From a virus (Duplodnaviria > Caudoviricetes): a stretch of 59,975 nucleotides of DNA. Below the pieces are notes generated by a model that saw only the letters and a list, made by a program, of their open reading frames with translations, searched no databases and had not been told where the DNA came from. The stretch is taken from positions 1 through 59,975 of the IMG/VR virus record IMGVR_UViG_3300033067_002221. The stretch is one strand, 5' to 3'. The translations under genes and the position numbers were made by a program. Positions 56,015 to 59,975 of the stretch are shown here, piece after piece; the first letter of the stretch is position 1, and each line of letters starts with the position of its first letter.

Positions 56015-56334
56015 GCGGCCATGCACAGAAGCCTGCGCACTTCCCGTGGCTCGCGCCGTCGCTCCTCGGATGGGGCGCGGCCGTTCAGGGTGCGGCCAGC
56101 GCCGAGGACCTGGATTCGCTCGCCCTGCGCGCCGCTCTCAACTACCGACGCGGCGGCGACAAGCGGATCGTTCTCGCCCTGCGCTTCGGCATGAACGAGG
56201 CGGACGTCGGCAAGGCACTGAACGGCCACGACCGCACGCCTCGCCGCATCCTCGAGCGCCTCACCGTGCTCGAGCGCGCGACCTTCGACCGCGTGCGTGC
56301 TGAGGCCGAGCAGGCTGCGCGGAGAGCGGCGTGA
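56011..56334 (+). CDS. hypothetical protein, possible HTH (cII-like position)
   Basis: LALRFGMNEADVGKALNG. Confidence 0.5.
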   Translation: MSGHAQKPAHFPWLAPSLLGWGAAVQGAASAEDLDSLALRAALNYRRGGDKRIVLALRFGMNEADVGKALNGHDRTPRRILERLTVLERATFDRVRAEAEQAARRAA

Positions 56335-56672
56335 ACTCCGACGACATGCTCCGCGCGTTCGCGCGCTTGGTCGCGGCCGAGGTGGTTGCCATTCTGCAGC
56401 CTGCCGAGGCGAAGCCGTACACCTCCGATCCGCGCGCGCTGCACCTGCCGCCCGGGTACTCGAAGCGCCAGTGGGACGACGCCGGCCGACGCGCCGAGAG
56501 CGACCCGAAGCGCCCGCCGCTGCGCAAGGACCCGCGCGGCTACTCGTGCCCAGTCGCCACGTTCGACGCGTGGGCCGCGGCGCATGGCCGCTCGAAGGCG
56601 ACCACGGCCGAGACGGATGTGCAGCGGCGCGCGCGGCAGCTCGCAAGCGTCGGTTTGCGGAGGGCTGGCTGA
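56331..56672 (+). CDS. hypothetical protein, possible excisionase-like
   Basis: Directly upstream of the integrase fragment with TGATG overlap. Confidence 0.5.
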   Translation: MNSDDMLRAFARLVAAEVVAILQPAEAKPYTSDPRALHLPPGYSKRQWDDAGRRAESDPKRPPLRKDPRGYSCPVATFDAWAAAHGRSKATTAETDVQRRARQLASVGLRRAG

Positions 56673-57406
56673 TGCCCCCGAAGTCGACTGGGGCTGTTCG
56701 CTACTACGGCGGCCGCTGGTGCGCGCGCGTGATGCTCCCCGGTGAGCCCGAAAAGCTCGTTCCGATGGACCAGTTCCGTAGCAAGTCCCAGCGCGCTGCC
56801 GCGAAGGCGGAGGCGAAGATCATCGCCGCCGAAGCGCTCGCGATCTGGGAGTCGCAGCACGAGGTACGCGTCGAGACGGTCGCCGACTGGTCGGATCGAT
56901 GGATCGAGACGAAGCGCGAGAAGAAGCAGACGTCGTGGAAAGCCGCGCGCTCTCACCTCGACGCGCACATCCTCGACGTCATCGGCCAGAAGCGCATGGC
57001 CGACGTCACCGCGCACGACTGCGAGCGCATCGTCGAGCGGCTCGATGGGCTCGTCGACGCCGAGGAGCTCAAGTGGAAGTCCGCCTCGAACATCTGGGGG
57101 ACCGTCACCAAGATGTTCGACGACGCGTGCCGAGGTAAGACGCTCGACCTGCGCGCGCGTCCGCGTGAGAGCAACCCGACGCGCGACGTGCGCGGCCCCG
57201 AGCGCGGCAAGCGGACGCAGAAGGTCCACCTCTACCCGTCGGAGCTGCTCGCGCTCGTGCAGTACCTCGAGGCCGCGCTCGCGCTGGTCGCGAAGACGGG
57301 CGCGCACCTCCCCGTGACGTCTGACGCTGCCTGCGGTGGCGCGTCGCGGATCGCTGAACACCTGACGCAGGGCGCGGCTGCGCGCCTCGGGAGCGAAGGC
57401 TCATGA
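56672..57406 (+). pseudogene. tyrosine integrase N-terminal (arm- and core-binding) fragment lacking the catalytic domain
   Basis: TGAVR...RWCARV, TVADWSDRW, HILDVIGQKRMADVT, SNPTRDVRGP, LYPSE; ORF ends with no R...HxxR...H...Y. Confidence 0.7.
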
Positions 57407-58494
57407 GCTGGGCTCGGTTCGACGACGAAGCGGGAGATCACCCGAAGGTCGCGATGGTCTCCGACGAGGCCGGATGGCTCTGGTTCCGGGCGATCCTCTG
57501 GTCGCGGAAGCACAAGACGAGCGGGTTCGTCCCCAGCGGCGCCCTGCGCGGCCTGACCAAGGCTCGGCGCCCCAACGTGCTCGCGAAGGAGCTCGTCAAC
57601 GCGATCCCTCCGGGGTTCAAAGTTGGGCTCTTCGAACCGCACGAGCACGGGTTCGTCATTCACGACTTTGAGGAGTTCGGCCCGCCTGCTCGTGAGGACC
57701 CGGAAGGCACCGTCACCGCGCCGTCATCCCGGAGCGCGGCAGCGAAAAAGGCCGCAGAAGCACGCTGGTCGACCAAGCGCGACGCATCGCCGACGCATGC
57801 CGAATCGCATCCGAACGCATCGGCTGACGCATCGACATCGCATCCGCCGACGCATGCCGACGCATCGCCGACGCATGCCGAATCGCATCCACAAAATGCG
57901 ATTCCCTCGCGTGCGCGCGCAGACACGCCCGCGTCTGCGCCTGCGTCTCCCGATCCCGATCCCGTAGAAGACACACTCTCCGCGCCGCATGAATCGCATC
58001 GCGCCAAGACCGCAGGCCCGAGCGCGGATCGCATCGCCGTCGTCCTCGACGAGCTCGAGGTCGGGCTCGACCTGTGGCCGCCGAGGAACGTCGCCGCCGA
58101 TGCCCTGAGCGCGTGCGCCACGCGCATCGCCCGCGTGCTCGATCGCGAGCAGGTCGAGGACGAGGTCTCGGTGCGCGACGCGGTCAGCTACGCACGCTCG
58201 TACCTCGGTCGCTTCCCGAGCGCGTCGCCGGCGCAGCTGCTTGCGGAGACCGAACGCAAGGTCGGCTACATCCTGAAAGACGACCGGCCCGCGCGGCGCG
58301 TAGAACGCGACCGACGGCGCGCCGACGCCGTCCGGCCGGCCGACGACGGCAGGACGCTCGAGGAACGCGAAGCCGCTCGTGCTGCCGAAGCCGAACGCCG
58401 TCGCAAGGCCGACAAGCGCACGCCCGAGCAGCGCCGCGCCGAGCAGGACGCCTACGAAGAGCAGCAGCGTCGCGAAGCGCAGGGGGCCGCGTGA
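57403..58494 (+). CDS. replication initiator protein (lambda O-like position)
   Basis: MSWARFDD...DHPKV...LW...W...TSGFVP...FVIHDF N-terminus; internal repeats; upstream of dnaB. Confidence 0.7.
   Translation: MSWARFDDEAGDHPKVAMVSDEAGWLWFRAILWSRKHKTSGFVPSGALRGLTKARRPNVLAKELVNAIPPGFKVGLFEPHEHGFVIHDFEEFGPPAREDPEGTVTAPSSRSAAAKKAAEARWSTKRDASPTHAESHPNASADASTSHPPTHADASPTHAESHPQNAIPSRARADTPASAPASPDPDPVEDTLSAPHESHRAKTAGPSADRIAVVLDELEVGLDLWPPRNVAADALSACATRIARVLDREQVEDEVSVRDAVSYARSYLGRFPSASPAQLLAETERKVGYILKDDRPARRVERDRRRADAVRPADDGRTLEEREAARAAEAERRRKADKRTPEQRRAEQDAYEEQQRREAQGAA
57781..57904 (+). repeat. iteron-like repeats, candidate replication origin
   Basis: 32-bp direct repeat 57781-57812 and 57859-57890, many CGCAT units, inverted ATGCGATTC at 57896. 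Confidence 0.65.
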
Positions 58495-59918
58495 ACGCGC
58501 TGGCCAAGCAGCAGCCCGGCGGCCAGAAGTGGAAGCAGATCGTGCAGGTCATCGACCTCGGCGGCCGCGTGCCCCCGCACGACCTCGGCGCCGAGGCCGC
58601 CGTGCTCGCGAGCATGCTTGCGGACGGTCGCAAGGTCGACCTCGTCGCCGACGCGCTCAAGCCCGAGCACTTCTACTCGGACGCGAATCGTCGCGTGTAC
58701 GAGGCCGCGCTCGCCGTGCGCGCTCGCCGCGCGCCGGTCGACCTGAACACGGTCGCCGCGTGGCTCAAGGATCGCGAGTGGCTAGAGGCCATCGGCGGCG
58801 TGAGCTACCTCGCGAAGCTGATCGACTCGACGCCGGCCGTCGCCCACGTCGAGGAGTACGCGCGAATCATCGTCTCGAAGGCGCAGGTCCGGACGCTCAT
58901 CGAGACGTGCCAGCTCGCCGCCGCTGAGGGCTTCGGCGACATCGGCGACCCTGACGAGTGGCTCTCGAGCGTCGAGTCGCGCGTGCACACGGCGACGCGC
59001 GTCGTGCGCGACGAGGACGCCGTCGAGATGCGCGACCTGGTCGCCGCCGAGGAGCGCCGGCTGGATGCCATCGAGCGCGGGGAGCTCAAGCCGGAGGGCG
59101 TCCCGTTCGGCTTCGCCGAGCTCGATCGCGTGACGGGCGGCATGCGGCCGAAGGAGGTCACCGTCATCGCAGGTCGCCCCGGCATGGGCAAGACGAGCCT
59201 CGCGACGGACATCGCCCGGCGCGTCGCCGCGACCCCGATCGACGGCGTGCAGCAGGGCGTCCTGTTCATCAGCATCGAGATGCCGCGCGAGTCGCTGACG
59301 CGGAAGATGGCCGCGCAGCGCGCGCTCGTGAACGTGAAGAAGATCATCAAGGGCGAGCTGAGCGACCACGAGCGCGACCTCGTGCGCGCCGCTCACCTGC
59401 ACCTGCAGGCCCTTCCGATCATCGTCGACGACAACCCGGTCGTCTCGCCGATGCGCCTGCGCGCGCGCATCCGTCGCCTGCAGTCGAAGTTCGATCGGCC
59501 GGGCGTGCGCAAGCTCGTGCTCGTCGTCGTCGACTACATCCAGCGGGTCCGGCCCGACGAGAAGTGCCAGACGCGCGAGCAGGAAGTCGCGCGCGTAGCG
59601 ACCGGCTTCGCGGAGATCGCGAAGGATACCGGCGTGCACATGATCGAGCTCGCGCAGCTCAATCGCCTCGTCGAGCAGCGTGCGGCGAAGGATGCGCTGC
59701 CGAAGCTCTCCGACCTGCGCGAGTCCGGCCAGATCGAGCAGGACGCGCACAACATCATCTTCGTGCACCGCGCCGAGTACTACCTGCCGAAGGACGCCAT
59801 CCCCGCCGACGTGCGCGGCAAGGCGACCCTGCTGCTCGCGAAGCAGCGCGAAGGCGAAGCCGGATGCGAGGTCACCCTCGGCTTCCGCGGCTTCTGCACG
59901 GGCTTTCACGACGTCTGA
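58491..59918 (+). CDS. dnaB: replicative DNA helicase
   Basis: PPHDLGAEAAVL, AGRPGMGKT, SIEM, VVDYIQ, AQLNR, LSDLRESGQIEQDA, KQREG. Confidence 0.97.
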   Translation: MNALAKQQPGGQKWKQIVQVIDLGGRVPPHDLGAEAAVLASMLADGRKVDLVADALKPEHFYSDANRRVYEAALAVRARRAPVDLNTVAAWLKDREWLEAIGGVSYLAKLIDSTPAVAHVEEYARIIVSKAQVRTLIETCQLAAAEGFGDIGDPDEWLSSVESRVHTATRVVRDEDAVEMRDLVAAEERRLDAIERGELKPEGVPFGFAELDRVTGGMRPKEVTVIAGRPGMGKTSLATDIARRVAATPIDGVQQGVLFISIEMPRESLTRKMAAQRALVNVKKIIKGELSDHERDLVRAAHLHLQALPIIVDDNPVVSPMRLRARIRRLQSKFDRPGVRKLVLVVVDYIQRVRPDEKCQTREQEVARVATGFAEIAKDTGVHMIELAQLNRLVEQRAAKDALPKLSDLRESGQIEQDAHNIIFVHRAEYYLPKDAIPADVRGKATLLLAKQREGEAGCEVTLGFRGFCTGFHDV

Positions 59919-59975
59919 ACCACCGACCCGCCACGCCCTACCACCAGGAGAACCGATCCATGCGCAACGTCACCC

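Overview
The window is an apparently near-complete, very GC-rich (roughly 70% by eye) temperate-type tailed phage genome of about 60 kb with a contractile tail. The + strand from about 7.2 to 36.8 kb holds packaging (terS/terL), portal, head, neck, a Mu-like sheath/tube/baseplate module, tail fibre, a beta-helix tailspike and a lysis cassette (papain-like C1 peptidase plus GH25 muramidase). The - strand from about 36.8 to 52.6 kb is an early-left operon: SMC-like ATPase, RecT, PD-(D/E)XK nuclease, HD hydrolase, ARC/Mpa-like AAA+ ATPase, C5 DNA methyltransferase, DUF5131 and many small ORFs. A lambda-like cI/cro switch with GACTAGGC boxes and an ImmA-like peptidase lies at 52.7-54.9 kb. It is followed by an early-right operon (pentapeptide protein, truncated integrase, O-like initiator with iterons, DnaB) that seems to continue at the window start (RuvC-like resolvase). 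The most notable items are the ARC/Mpa-like ATPase lacking the GQYL tail, a D-arm-less tRNA-like RNA ending in CCA, a Y-shaped structured element before the late operon, a 270-bp duplication that grafts the methyltransferase C-terminus onto DUF5131, and an integrase with no catalytic domain. All calls come from motif recognition and synteny; no database search was run.
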